From positions 1 to 37,665 of the IMG/VR virus record IMGVR_UViG_3300045988_106261: a stretch of 37,665 nucleotides of DNA. The stretch is one strand, 5' to 3'. The position numbers were made by a program, and so were the translations under genes. Positions 15,620 to 23,640 of this stretch are shown here, in pieces. The notes under the pieces are model-generated. The model searched no databases and was not told the DNA's origin. It saw only the letters and a program-made list of their open reading frames with translations. Position 1 is the stretch's first letter. Every line of letters begins with the position of its first letter. This DNA comes from a virus.

Positions 15620-15750
15620 AAAATGCAGAAATAGCCGCTATTTTGCACGACACGAAAAACTGCAATTTTGCAGTTATAGCCGCTATGACTGCAGATTTTG
15701 CAGTGCAAAATAGCCTATATATAATAGCTAAAACTGCAACTGCAATTGTG
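15620..15750. repeat. AT-rich iteron/palindrome cluster (candidate phage replication origin)
   Basis: ATAGCCGCTAT occurs twice (15631-15641, 15676-15686), with a degenerate ATAGCCTAT at 15710-15718. These are interleaved with TGCA-N-TTTTGCA elements (15660-15673 CTGCAATTTTGCAG, 15689-15703 CTGCAGATTTTGCAG, 15733-15747 ACTGCAACTGCAATT). The cluster lies directly downstream of the primase/helicase gene in a 273-nt non-coding gap. Confidence 0.5.
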
Positions 15751-15857
15751 ATGGGGTCTCCCGAAGGATGGGGCGACCACAGCCCCCATCCATTCGGGGA
15801 ACCCTCCCCATCACGTTGGCGCTAAAACCTAAAAAAAAGAAAAACGAGGTGAACCCC

Positions 15858-16268
15858 ATGTACATGCAATTCTTTCTCCCCATGCAGCCGCCCACCACCA
15901 CCCACAACGCAAAGCAGCTGCACGCCTACATGAAGGGCGGGCAGCCGCACGCGGTGCTCCACGACAGCCCGGAACTGAAACAGACCCGTGCCAAGCTCCA
16001 CGCCCATCTGGCACCCCACGCGCCGGAAAAGCCCATCCCCGCAGGCCGTCCGGTGCGTCTGCTGGTCAAGTGGTGCTTCCCTGCCGAGGGCCGCAAAAGC
16101 GGCAGCTGGCGCACCGCAAAGCCGGACACCGACAATCTGGAAAAGGCCCTCAAGGACGAAATGACCCGCCTGCACTTCTGGGCCGATGACGCGCAGGTGT
16201 GCAGCGAGATCGTGGAAAAATTCTGGTCGGACCCCTGCGGCGTGTTCGTCCGGGTGGAGGAACTGTAA
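15858..16268 (+). CDS. rusA: RusA-family Holliday junction resolvase
   Basis: ATG 15858 follows GAGGTG. KPDTDNLEKALKDEMTRLHFWADDAQV is the RusA catalytic Asp pattern. 136 aa. Confidence 0.85.
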   Translation: MYMQFFLPMQPPTTTHNAKQLHAYMKGGQPHAVLHDSPELKQTRAKLHAHLAPHAPEKPIPAGRPVRLLVKWCFPAEGRKSGSWRTAKPDTDNLEKALKDEMTRLHFWADDAQVCSEIVEKFWSDPCGVFVRVEEL

Positions 16269-16687
16269 TGACCTACGAAGAGAAAAAGGCATGGCTCTGG
16301 CGGTACCGGACGGCCAAGCGGTTCGAGCTGCTGCGGCTGGACGAGCTGGCCACGCTGCAGACCGACGCCACCCACACCACCCAGCGCTTTTCCCCTGTGC
16401 CGGGCAGCAGCGGCGACGGACAGGCTCTGCCCCGCAGTGTGGAACGCATCGACGAGGCCCGCCGGGCCGCTGAGGCACAGTCTGCCGTGTGCGATGCCAT
16501 CCGGGCCGAGATCATGGAGGTGTTCCGCCAGCTGGACGATGAGGTGGATTTCATGATCCTGTTCCGGCGGTACATCCTTCTGGAGGACTGGCCGGACATC
16601 GCGGTCAACGTCCGCATTTCCCGCAGCCAGATGTTCCAGCGCCACAGCGCGGCCATCAAAAGACTGGAGATCAAAAGTCCGGACTGA
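16268..16687 (+). CDS. Sigma-70 region-4-like phage late-gene regulator (DUF1492/RinA/ArpU-type)
   Basis: The start ATG overlaps the rusA stop (TAATG). The C-terminus ILFRRYILLEDWPDIAVNVRISRSQMFQRHSAAIKRLE is a region-4-type HTH. The N-half has YR......L..EL..L and SPVPGSSGDG, as in DUF1492 proteins. It is the last gene before the packaging operon. Confidence 0.7.
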   Translation: MTYEEKKAWLWRYRTAKRFELLRLDELATLQTDATHTTQRFSPVPGSSGDGQALPRSVERIDEARRAAEAQSAVCDAIRAEIMEVFRQLDDEVDFMILFRRYILLEDWPDIAVNVRISRSQMFQRHSAAIKRLEIKSPD

Positions 16688-16704
16688 ACCGGAGCGAACC
16701 GGAC

Positions 16705-16733
16705 TTGATAATCCTGTCAACCCCTGCTAAAAT
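16705..16733 (+). promoter_or_regulatory. Near-consensus sigma-70-type promoter upstream of the late operon
   Basis: TTGATA (16705-16710), 17 nt, TAAAAT (16728-16733), in an otherwise GC-rich context. Confidence 0.65.
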
Positions 16734-16744
16734 TTAAAATGCCG

Positions 16745-16788
16745 AAGCCCGCAGGAAAGGTCTACTCCCTTCGATCCTGCGGGCTTTG
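16745..16788 (+). terminator. Strong hairpin in the late leader (weak U-tract)
   Basis: AAGCCCGCAGGA (16745-16756) pairs with TCCTGCGGGCTT (16775-16786) in a 12-bp stem with an 18-nt loop, followed by TGTG. Confidence 0.45.
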
Positions 16789-16819
16789 TGCTGCCCGGCT
16801 GACACAGAGGATCACCTTT

Positions 16820-16858
16820 CCCGACCAACAGCCTGAATGCATCAGTCGGGCGTTTTTT
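16820..16858 (+). terminator. Intrinsic terminator in the late leader
   Basis: CCCGAC (16820-16825) pairs with GTCGGG (16845-16850). A competing CTGA/TCAG helix in the loop would share G16845 with this stem. The hairpin is followed by CG and TTTTTT (16853-16858). Confidence 0.55.
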
Positions 16859-16864
16859 GAATTT

Positions 16865-16895
16865 CCCGCCGTTCGGATCTTCCGGGCGGCTTTTT
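16865..16895 (+). terminator. Second intrinsic terminator in the late leader
   Basis: CCGCC (16866-16870) pairs with GGCGG (16885-16889), followed by C and TTTTT (16891-16895). It lies 26 nt upstream of the terS start. Confidence 0.5.
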
Positions 16896-16921
16896 GATTT
16901 TACGGCAAGAGAGGTGGTGAC

Positions 16922-17308
16922 GTGGCCAATGAAGAAAATCTCATCCCGTTCAACGAACGAACGGAGAGCGAACAGAGACAGATCGCCCAGAAGGGCGGCA
17001 TTGCTTCCGGTGCGGCCCGCCGCCGCAAGCGCAGCATGAAAGAAGCGGCGGACTACTATCTCAGCCTGCCGGAGACCGACCGCCGCCGGGTGAATGCCCT
17101 GCTGCGGGATGAGGTGGACAATGAGGACATCGACAATCAGATGTCGGTGGTCATGGGCATTACTGAAGCCGCCAAGCGCGGTGATGCCCGTGCCGCCGGG
17201 GTGCTGCTGAAGATGCTGGGCGAGGAGACCGTGCAGGAGGACCCGGCGGCGGATGCACTGGAAGCTGCCCGCAAGCTGCTGGGAGGTGTGGACAGTGCCA
17301 TTGACTGA
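16922..17308 (+). CDS. terS: Terminase small subunit
   Basis: GTG 16922 follows GAGAGGTGG. The protein is 128 aa, basic and helical (QKGGIASGAARRRKRSMKEAADYYL), typical of Firmicutes phage TerS. It lies immediately upstream of and overlaps TerL. Confidence 0.8.
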   Translation: MANEENLIPFNERTESEQRQIAQKGGIASGAARRRKRSMKEAADYYLSLPETDRRRVNALLRDEVDNEDIDNQMSVVMGITEAAKRGDARAAGVLLKMLGEETVQEDPAADALEAARKLLGGVDSAID

Positions 17309-18551
17309 GTTTCAGCAGGAGTTCCTTCGCAATTGTTCCCACCGCTGGAACGTCAAGACTGGGGCCACCCGCTCCGGCAAGACCTATCTGGACTGCGCTG
17401 TTACCATCCCCAAGCGCATCTGCGCGGCCCGGGACGAGGGCCTTTGCGTCATGCTGGGCAACACCCTCGGCACGCTGGAACGCAACGTGCTGGAGCCCAT
17501 GCGGGCCCTCTGGGGTCCGGAGCTTGTGGGCGTGGTGCGCACCTCGGCGTCCGGCAACATCGTGCAGCTGTTCGGCCGCAAGGTGTACGTGCTGGGTGCC
17601 GACAACAAAAAGCACATTGCACGCATTCAGGGCGCAGCCTTCGAGTACGCCTATGGGGACGAGATCACCACATGGGACGAGGGCGTGTTCCAGATGCTCA
17701 AGAGCCGTCTGTCCTGTCCGCACAGCCATTTTGACGGCACCTGCAACCCGGATAACCCCCAGCACTGGTTCAAGCAGTTTCTGGACAGCGACGCGGACAT
17801 CTACTGTCAGGCCTACACCATCGACGACAACCCCACTCTGCCGCCGGAGTTCGTGGCTCAGCTGAAAAAGGAGTACGCGGGCACGGTCTACTATAACCGC
17901 TTCATCCTCGGCCAGTGGGCTGCAGCGGGCGGCATCATCTACCGGCCTTTTGCAGACAGCATTGCCGCCGGGGATGGGCGTTTTCTCTGGCCCGCAGCCA
18001 ACCCCTGCCGCCCGTGGCGCATCTACATCGGGGTGGACTTCGGCGGCAACGGCTCCCGGCACGCATTCGTGGCCACCGGCATCCTGCCCTACTACGCGGG
18101 GATCGTGGGTCTGGCATCCGCCCGCATCGACCCGAAGGATCAGGACGCTGACTACCTTGCCGCGCAGCTGATTGATTTCTGCACCGCCGTGTTCGCGCGG
18201 TACGGCGAGATCCACTATATTTTCTGCGACAGCGCCGAACAGACGCTGATCAACCACATCCGCACCCGGCTGCGTGCCTCCCGCCTGAGCTGGCTGGCCG
18301 ACCGGGTGCAGAACAGTGCCAAGATCCAGATCATCGACCGCATCCGCCTGACGTCCATCCTGATGGGCGGCGGGCGCTTTTGGTATCTGCCGGAAGCCGC
18401 CACCCTGCGGGATGCCCTTGCCGCCGCCCTGTGGAGCCAGAAGCACCCCGGCGTGGATGAACGTCTGGACGACGGCACCACCGACATTGATACCCTCGAT
18501 GCCTTCGAGTACACCATTGAACGCGATTACAGGAGACTGACTGCAAGATGA
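17295..18551 (+). CDS. terL: Terminase large subunit (PBSX/Terminase_3-like)
   Basis: The likely start is GTG 17295, 6 nt after GGAGGTG (17282-17288). Walker A is VKTGATRSGKT. The C-terminal nuclease half has IGVDFGGNGS and CDSAEQTLI motifs. Confidence 0.92.
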   Translation: MPLTEFQQEFLRNCSHRWNVKTGATRSGKTYLDCAVTIPKRICAARDEGLCVMLGNTLGTLERNVLEPMRALWGPELVGVVRTSASGNIVQLFGRKVYVLGADNKKHIARIQGAAFEYAYGDEITTWDEGVFQMLKSRLSCPHSHFDGTCNPDNPQHWFKQFLDSDADIYCQAYTIDDNPTLPPEFVAQLKKEYAGTVYYNRFILGQWAAAGGIIYRPFADSIAAGDGRFLWPAANPCRPWRIYIGVDFGGNGSRHAFVATGILPYYAGIVGLASARIDPKDQDADYLAAQLIDFCTAVFARYGEIHYIFCDSAEQTLINHIRTRLRASRLSWLADRVQNSAKIQIIDRIRLTSILMGGGRFWYLPEAATLRDALAAALWSQKHPGVDERLDDGTTDIDTLDAFEYTIERDYRRLTAR

Positions 18552-20038
18552 ACGTTGCTGCTTTTATTGAATACCTGAACAAAACCAAGGACCTGCAGAT
18601 CGACGCCTCCTATTATGCCAAAATTGAAAAATGGCGGCAGTGGTGGCAGGGCTATGTACCCAGCGTGCATAATATCAAGATCACGCGGGAGGACGGCGAA
18701 CACAAGCGCCGCCGGGCGTCCCTGCGGATGCCCAAGCGCGTGTGCGAGGACTGGGCAAATCTGCTGCTCAACGACAAGACCACCTTCCAGATCGGCGACG
18801 CAGCCACCGCCGCCTACCTGCTGGGCAGCAATGAACAGCAGACCGGCGGTCTTTTGCGGCAGCTGCATTTCTGGGAGAACGCCAACAAGCTGGTGGAGAA
18901 AGCCTACTGGTCCGGCACCGGCGCCTTCGTACTGAGCGTGGAGGGCATCAAGGGCACAGACGGCCAGCTGGAAGCAGACCCGGATGCCCGCATCGTACTG
19001 GACTACGACCCGGCATCCTGCATCCTGCCCATCAGCGTGGAGCGCGGCGTCGTGACTGAAGCCGCATTTGTGTCGGAATGTCTGATAGACGGCAGGCCCT
19101 GCGCCTATCTGCAGACCCACGCGGTCAGGGACGGCAGCCGCACTATCATCAACGAATGGTTTGAGATCGGTCAGGGTCAGAACGGCGCACCGGTGTTCAC
19201 GCCGCGCAAAGCGCCTGTAGGTACGGTGACTGAATTGCAGCCGGAGGGCTCCCCGCCGTGGTTCAGCCTGTTTTCCCCTGCCGCCGAGAAGAACATCGAC
19301 GGCGGTACGGGTCTGGGCATGGCCGTGTTCGCGGAAGCTCTGGACGCCGCGCAGGGCGTAGACCTTGCCTTTGACAATTACCGGCAGGACCTTTACCTTG
19401 GCGGCAAGAAGATCTTCTACGACCGCAGCCTGTGCAAGGTGGTGATCGGTGCCGATGGCCAGCCGCATTACATCCCGCCCGACGACATGAGCGCACAGCA
19501 GTTCTTCTCGCTGCCCGGCAAGGAAGCCAGTCTGGATGCCGCGCCGGAGTGGCACGAGTACAACCCGGATCTGCGCACCGAGGACAACCACCGGGCCGTG
19601 CAGGATATGCTGGATCTATTCAGCTTCAAGTGCGGTCTGGGCTGTCACCGGTACAGCTTTGAGCTGGGCAAGGTGGCCACCGCCACCGAGTACACCGGCA
19701 GCCGGCAAGACCTTGTGCAGAGTGCCAACAAGAACCAGATCCCCATTGAAACGGCGCTGATCGGCATTCTGCGGGCCATCCTGTGGGCCGCAAAGAACCT
19801 GCTGGGCGCACCGGTAGACCCGGAGACCAGCATTTCCGTCAACTGGGACGACAGTTACATCGTCAGTGAGCAGGAACGCACAAACCAGCTGCGGGAGGAC
19901 GCCATTGCGGGCCTTGTGCCCCGCTGCCGCTACCTCGCCGCCCGGTACGGCCTGAGCGAAAAGGAAGCCCACGCATGGGCCGAGGAAGCCAAAGCGGACA
20001 GCCACACTGACGAAACTCTCACCTTCGGGGGTGCCTGA
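18548..20038 (+). CDS. Portal protein (SPP1 gp6-like)
   Basis: 496 aa, with an ATGA overlap with terL. The N-terminus YAKIEKWRQWWQGYVPSVH...RRASLRMPKRVCEDWANLLLN is typical of SPP1-type portals. The position is canonical. Confidence 0.9.
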   Translation: MNVAAFIEYLNKTKDLQIDASYYAKIEKWRQWWQGYVPSVHNIKITREDGEHKRRRASLRMPKRVCEDWANLLLNDKTTFQIGDAATAAYLLGSNEQQTGGLLRQLHFWENANKLVEKAYWSGTGAFVLSVEGIKGTDGQLEADPDARIVLDYDPASCILPISVERGVVTEAAFVSECLIDGRPCAYLQTHAVRDGSRTIINEWFEIGQGQNGAPVFTPRKAPVGTVTELQPEGSPPWFSLFSPAAEKNIDGGTGLGMAVFAEALDAAQGVDLAFDNYRQDLYLGGKKIFYDRSLCKVVIGADGQPHYIPPDDMSAQQFFSLPGKEASLDAAPEWHEYNPDLRTEDNHRAVQDMLDLFSFKCGLGCHRYSFELGKVATATEYTGSRQDLVQSANKNQIPIETALIGILRAILWAAKNLLGAPVDPETSISVNWDDSYIVSEQERTNQLREDAIAGLVPRCRYLAARYGLSEKEAHAWAEEAKADSHTDETLTFGGA

Positions 20039-21795
20039 TGCTGCCGCCGAGCTATCTTGACCGGATGCCGGACGCCTTTGTGCAGCTCTGGCAGCAGGTC
20101 GAAGAACAGATCCTGCAGGACGTGGCCCGGCGCATCGGCAAGATGGACGCCGTGACCCCCACTGCAAACTGGCAGCTGTGGCGCTACCAGCAGACCGAGG
20201 CGCTGCGCAACGACGTGGTGAAGCTGCTGGCGAAGTACACCGGCAAGAGCGAAAGCACCATCCGCAGGCTGCTTTTGCAGGCCGCCACTGAAGCCATGGA
20301 GCGGGAGGACGCCATCTATTACCACTACGGCAAAGAGCCGCAGCCCTTTGAAGAAAGCGCAGCCCTCAACAACCTGCTGGACGCCGGTGCGCGGCAGACC
20401 TGCGGCACATGGCAGAACCTCACCGCCACCACGGCAAACACCGTCACAGGCGCGTTCGAGCGCACGCTGGACGCCGCATGGTTCAAAGTGAGCACCGGTG
20501 CCTTTGACTACAAAACCGCCGTCAAACAGGCCGTGGACAGCCTTGCAGACGACATGCCCATGGTCACATATCCCAGCGGCCACAAGGACAGCATCGAGGT
20601 GGCCGCGCGGCGTGCCGTGCTCACCGGTGTAAACCAGACGACTGGCAAGCTGCAGGTGGCCCGCATGGACGAAATGGGCTGCGAATTTGTGGAGACGACC
20701 GCCCACGGCGGTGCCCGTCCTTCTCATGCAGAATGGCAGGGGCGGCGCTTCCACCGGGGCGGCGCGGTGGACTACAAAGGCAAACACTACCCGGACTTTG
20801 AAGCCGCTACCGGCTACGGCACCGGCGCAGGCCTTTGCGGCTGGAACTGCCGCCACACCTTTTTCGCGGTGTTCCCGGAACTGGGCGACCCGCCCCAATG
20901 GACACAGGAACAGCTGCAGGAGCTGAACGCCCGGGACATCGAGTGGAACGGCAAAAAGTACACCGCCTACGAGATATCCCAGATGCAGCGGGCCCGGGAG
21001 CGGAACGTCCGCCGCTGGAAAAAGCGGTATCTGGCCGAGGACGCCGCCGGGCTGGACCCCACCGACAGCGCTGTGCGCCTGAGAGCCGCCCGCCAGAGCC
21101 TTGCAGAGTTTGCACAGGCCACGGGTGGCCGTGTGGACAGCGCCCGCACCAGCGTGCCGAAGTTCGGCAGGAGCGAAGCCAGCAGGGCGAGCGCACAGGT
21201 GCGGAAGGCATCCTCTACATACAGCAGCTTGAACACAAAGGCAAAACCTGTTACAATGCAGTCAATCGCAAATGTTAAGGCATTCAGCTGTGACACGCTG
21301 GATGCTGCTGGGCAACAGCAGCTGAAAAATGCTCACAAACGCCTTCTCATGGTTGCTTCCAAGCAGCCGGAAAATGTTGAAGTGGGCAGGGTGTTCGACA
21401 CCAAGATGAAGCCGCTGACGAAGGATATCACGGGAAGCGCCGAGGGAAGTTCTGTTCAGCTGCCCAACTTTGATACCCCGTATGTTGTTATCCACACACA
21501 CCCTGCCTGCGGTATTTTCTCGCACGGTGATTTGTCGAGTTTCACAAGAAACAAAAATTTGAAGCTCATGACGGCCATTGGTCACAATGGTCATATCTAT
21601 GCTGTTGAGAAAAGCATCAATTATGATGCTGCCGCTGCAAACGGCATTGTTTGGAACCTGAATGCCGAAATAAACCGGCTGAAAAATATCCCTCGCGCGG
21701 AACTGTCAGACGAAAAGCTTCTTGAACAGGCAGAGAAGCTGATCCGACAGGCTATCGGAGACCTTCAGGAAAATGGAGTAAAATACTATGAGTAA
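20038..21795 (+). CDS. MuF/SPP1 gp7-like minor head protein fused to a C-terminal JAB/MPN-like domain
   Basis: The N-terminal ~300 aa include ETTAHGGARPSHAEWQGRRF and GLCGWNCRH (MuF/gp7 motifs). The C-terminal ~185 aa, encoded by an AT-richer segment from about 21235, contain ENVEVGRVF and IHTHPACGIFSHGD (E...HxH-x6-S-xx-D, close to the JAMM motif). Confidence 0.8.
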   Translation: MLPPSYLDRMPDAFVQLWQQVEEQILQDVARRIGKMDAVTPTANWQLWRYQQTEALRNDVVKLLAKYTGKSESTIRRLLLQAATEAMEREDAIYYHYGKEPQPFEESAALNNLLDAGARQTCGTWQNLTATTANTVTGAFERTLDAAWFKVSTGAFDYKTAVKQAVDSLADDMPMVTYPSGHKDSIEVAARRAVLTGVNQTTGKLQVARMDEMGCEFVETTAHGGARPSHAEWQGRRFHRGGAVDYKGKHYPDFEAATGYGTGAGLCGWNCRHTFFAVFPELGDPPQWTQEQLQELNARDIEWNGKKYTAYEISQMQRARERNVRRWKKRYLAEDAAGLDPTDSAVRLRAARQSLAEFAQATGGRVDSARTSVPKFGRSEASRASAQVRKASSTYSSLNTKAKPVTMQSIANVKAFSCDTLDAAGQQQLKNAHKRLLMVASKQPENVEVGRVFDTKMKPLTKDITGSAEGSSVQLPNFDTPYVVIHTHPACGIFSHGDLSSFTRNKNLKLMTAIGHNGHIYAVEKSINYDAAAANGIVWNLNAEINRLKNIPRAELSDEKLLEQAEKLIRQAIGDLQENGVKYYE

Positions 21796-21976
21796 CTGGC
21801 TTACACCGGAACGCATTGCAAAAATGCAGAAGTGGCTTCTTGAACATCCGATCGACCACAAGTATGATGAAATGTGCGACATGCTGGACAGCCCTGCCCC
21901 GCCAGAACAGCTTGCTTCCCGTGCTGCATATGAAGCTTTGAAAGAAATTGGCAAGCTTCCACCCGGCATCGAATAA
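21788..21976 (+). CDS. Small acidic protein translationally coupled to the MuF gene (candidate immunity/partner protein)
   Basis: ATG 21788 overlaps the MuF stop by 8 nt, with GGAG 9 nt upstream. The ORF is 62 aa and is followed by two terminator hairpins. Confidence 0.6.
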   Translation: MSNWLTPERIAKMQKWLLEHPIDHKYDEMCDMLDSPAPPEQLASRAAYEALKEIGKLPPGIE

Positions 21977-21989
21977 CCTTAACCACCAT

Positions 21990-22013
21990 CCACCCGGACG
22001 GTGGTTTTCTTTT
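21990..22013 (+). terminator. Intrinsic terminator
   Basis: CCACC (21990-21994), loop CGGAC, GGTGG (22000-22004), followed by TTTTCTTTTG. Confidence 0.6.
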
Positions 22014-22023
22014 GCCCATTTTT

Positions 22024-22055
22024 AAGCACGATGCAGACCGCACCGTGCTTTTTTC
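22024..22055 (+). terminator. Intrinsic terminator (second of tandem pair)
   Basis: AAGCACG (22024-22030) pairs with CGTGCTT (22044-22050) across a 13-nt loop, followed by TTTT. Confidence 0.55.
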
Positions 22056-22057
22056 AT

Positions 22058-22134
22058 GCCGTTTTAGCTCATGTCGGAAGAGCGCCGGTCTCCAAAACCG
22101 GAAGCGGCAGGTTCGAGCCCTGCAAACGGTGCCA
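22058..22134 (+). tRNA. tRNA-Trp: tRNA-Trp, anticodon CCA, with encoded 3' CCA
   Basis: Hand-folded cloverleaf. Acceptor GCCGTTT/AAACGGT has G1-U72. D-arm is GCTC-ATGTCGGAA-GAGC. Anticodon arm is CCGGT-CTCCAAA-ACCGG, identical to the E. coli tRNA-Trp anticodon arm as I recall it. The variable loop is AAGCG. T-arm is GCAGG-TTCGAGC-CCTGC. The discriminator is G, followed by CCA. Confidence 0.88.
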
Positions 22135-22227
22135 TGCGGCGGGCGGCGCGTACCCCGCCCAAGACCGGATAACTGACAGAGAACAGTGTAAAAAACTGAG
22201 GTCTCACACACGAAAGGAGTTTCCACC

Positions 22228-22791
22228 ATGAAGCGTGAAGACGTGAAGAACAAGATCCCCGGCATCACCGATGAACAGCTGAACTGGATCATGCAGGAGA
22301 ACGGCGCAGACATCAACCGGGAGAAGTCTGCCGCCACGGCCCTGCAGACCCAGCTGGACAACGCAAACGCCCAGCTCAAGACCGCACAGGACGGCCTGAA
22401 AGCCTTTGACGGCGTGGACGTGGCAGGCCTGCAGGATCAGGTCACCAAGCTGAAGGCCGACATGAAGGCGCAGGCCGAGGGCTTTGCCTTCGATAACGCC
22501 CTGAATGCCGCCATCATGAGCAAGAAGGGCCGCAGCGTTAAGGCAGTGCGGGCTTTGCTGGATCTGGACGCCCTGAAGGGCTCTGCCGACCGCAGCACCG
22601 ACATTGCCAAGGCGCTGGACGATGCCGCCAAAGCAAACCCGTGGGCCTTTGGCGATGTGCAGGACGGAGAAAAGAAGAACGCGGGCACCTACTCCACCGG
22701 TGCTGAGCACGGCGACCCGATGCACGGCGAGGACGATGTGGACCCGGTGGAAGCGTCCTTCAAAGCCATGAACCCCAACATCAAAATTTAA
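22228..22791 (+). CDS. Head scaffolding protein
   Basis: 187 aa, acidic and helical (ITDEQLNWIMQENGADINREKSAATALQTQLDNANAQLKTAQD), typical of phage scaffold/GP20-like proteins. It lies directly upstream of the major capsid gene. RBS is AAAGGAG. Confidence 0.8.
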   Translation: MKREDVKNKIPGITDEQLNWIMQENGADINREKSAATALQTQLDNANAQLKTAQDGLKAFDGVDVAGLQDQVTKLKADMKAQAEGFAFDNALNAAIMSKKGRSVKAVRALLDLDALKGSADRSTDIAKALDDAAKANPWAFGDVQDGEKKNAGTYSTGAEHGDPMHGEDDVDPVEASFKAMNPNIKI

Positions 22792-22808
22792 GGAAAGGAT
22801 GATTTTTC

Positions 22809-23627
22809 ATGCCCCATATTGCAAGAGAGCGTTATTCTGAGCTGGTAGATGCAAAGCTGCGCGCCACCATCGTGAAGCGCGTCGGCGTCATCTGCAACAA
22901 CCGTTACGAAGGCAGCCCCAAGGCCGGTGCCGTCAAGGTGCCTGTCCGCGACACCGAGGTGACGGTGGCCGACTACAACAAGAAGACCGGCACCGCCATG
23001 ACCCACGGCGACACCAGCTTCCTGACCGTGAACATCGACAAGGACAAGGCTGTGAACGAGCTGATCGACGGCTTTGACGCCGAGAGCGTGCCCGGCCATC
23101 TGGTGGCCGACCGTCTGGACAGCGCCGGTTACTCGCTGGCCCTGCAGATGGAGACTGACGCTTCTGCCGAGCTGGTAACCGGCGGCACCGCCATGGACAG
23201 CACTGCTGCCCTGACCAAGGCCAACATCTATGACACCATCGTGGACGCCCGCACCAAGCTGTCCGAGACCCATGTACCCACGGATGGCCGTTGGCTGCTG
23301 GTCTCCCCTGAGACCTATGCCCTGCTGCTGAAGAGCCCGGAGTTCATCAAGGCGTCTGCTCTGGGCGACGCCGTGGTGCAGACCGGCGCGGTGGGCCGCG
23401 TGGCAGGCTTTACCGTCTTTGAGGATACCACCCTCGGCGAGAAGGTGGACTTCATCGCGGGCCACCCCAACTGGTTCACCCGCATCGAGGAATGGAGCGA
23501 GCCGGTGGCCGTGAACGATCTGAAGGGCAGCGGCACCTTCATCGGTGCCTGTGCTGTGCAGGGCCGCAAGATCTACGCCCACAAGGTCACCAAGGCCCAG
23601 ACCGTCCTCGTCAAGAGCCACGCCTGA
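22809..23627 (+). CDS. Major capsid protein
   Basis: 272 aa at the canonical position after the scaffold, with a strong RBS. The sequence style (YEGSPKAGAVKVPVRD...DGRWLLVSPETYALLLKS...) matches HK97-fold capsid proteins of Firmicutes siphophages. Confidence 0.85.
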   Translation: MPHIARERYSELVDAKLRATIVKRVGVICNNRYEGSPKAGAVKVPVRDTEVTVADYNKKTGTAMTHGDTSFLTVNIDKDKAVNELIDGFDAESVPGHLVADRLDSAGYSLALQMETDASAELVTGGTAMDSTAALTKANIYDTIVDARTKLSETHVPTDGRWLLVSPETYALLLKSPEFIKASALGDAVVQTGAVGRVAGFTVFEDTTLGEKVDFIAGHPNWFTRIEEWSEPVAVNDLKGSGTFIGACAVQGRKIYAHKVTKAQTVLVKSHA

Positions 23628-23640
23628 GGAGGTCTGATCC

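Noticed and set aside
15502-15825. Track ORFs 15520-15825 (+) and 15502-15708 (-) spanning the AT-rich gap after the primase gene.
   Set aside because: - They have no RBS.
- Their composition is dominated by the TGCA/ATAGC repeats.
- The 15520 ORF begins inside the primase gene in another frame.
- The region is better explained as a non-coding iteron region.
16757-16774. The operator half-site TCTACT occurs in the loop of the first late-leader hairpin.
   Set aside because: - A 6-mer is expected many times by chance in 37 kb on two strands.
- No palindromic partner (AGTAGA) lies nearby.
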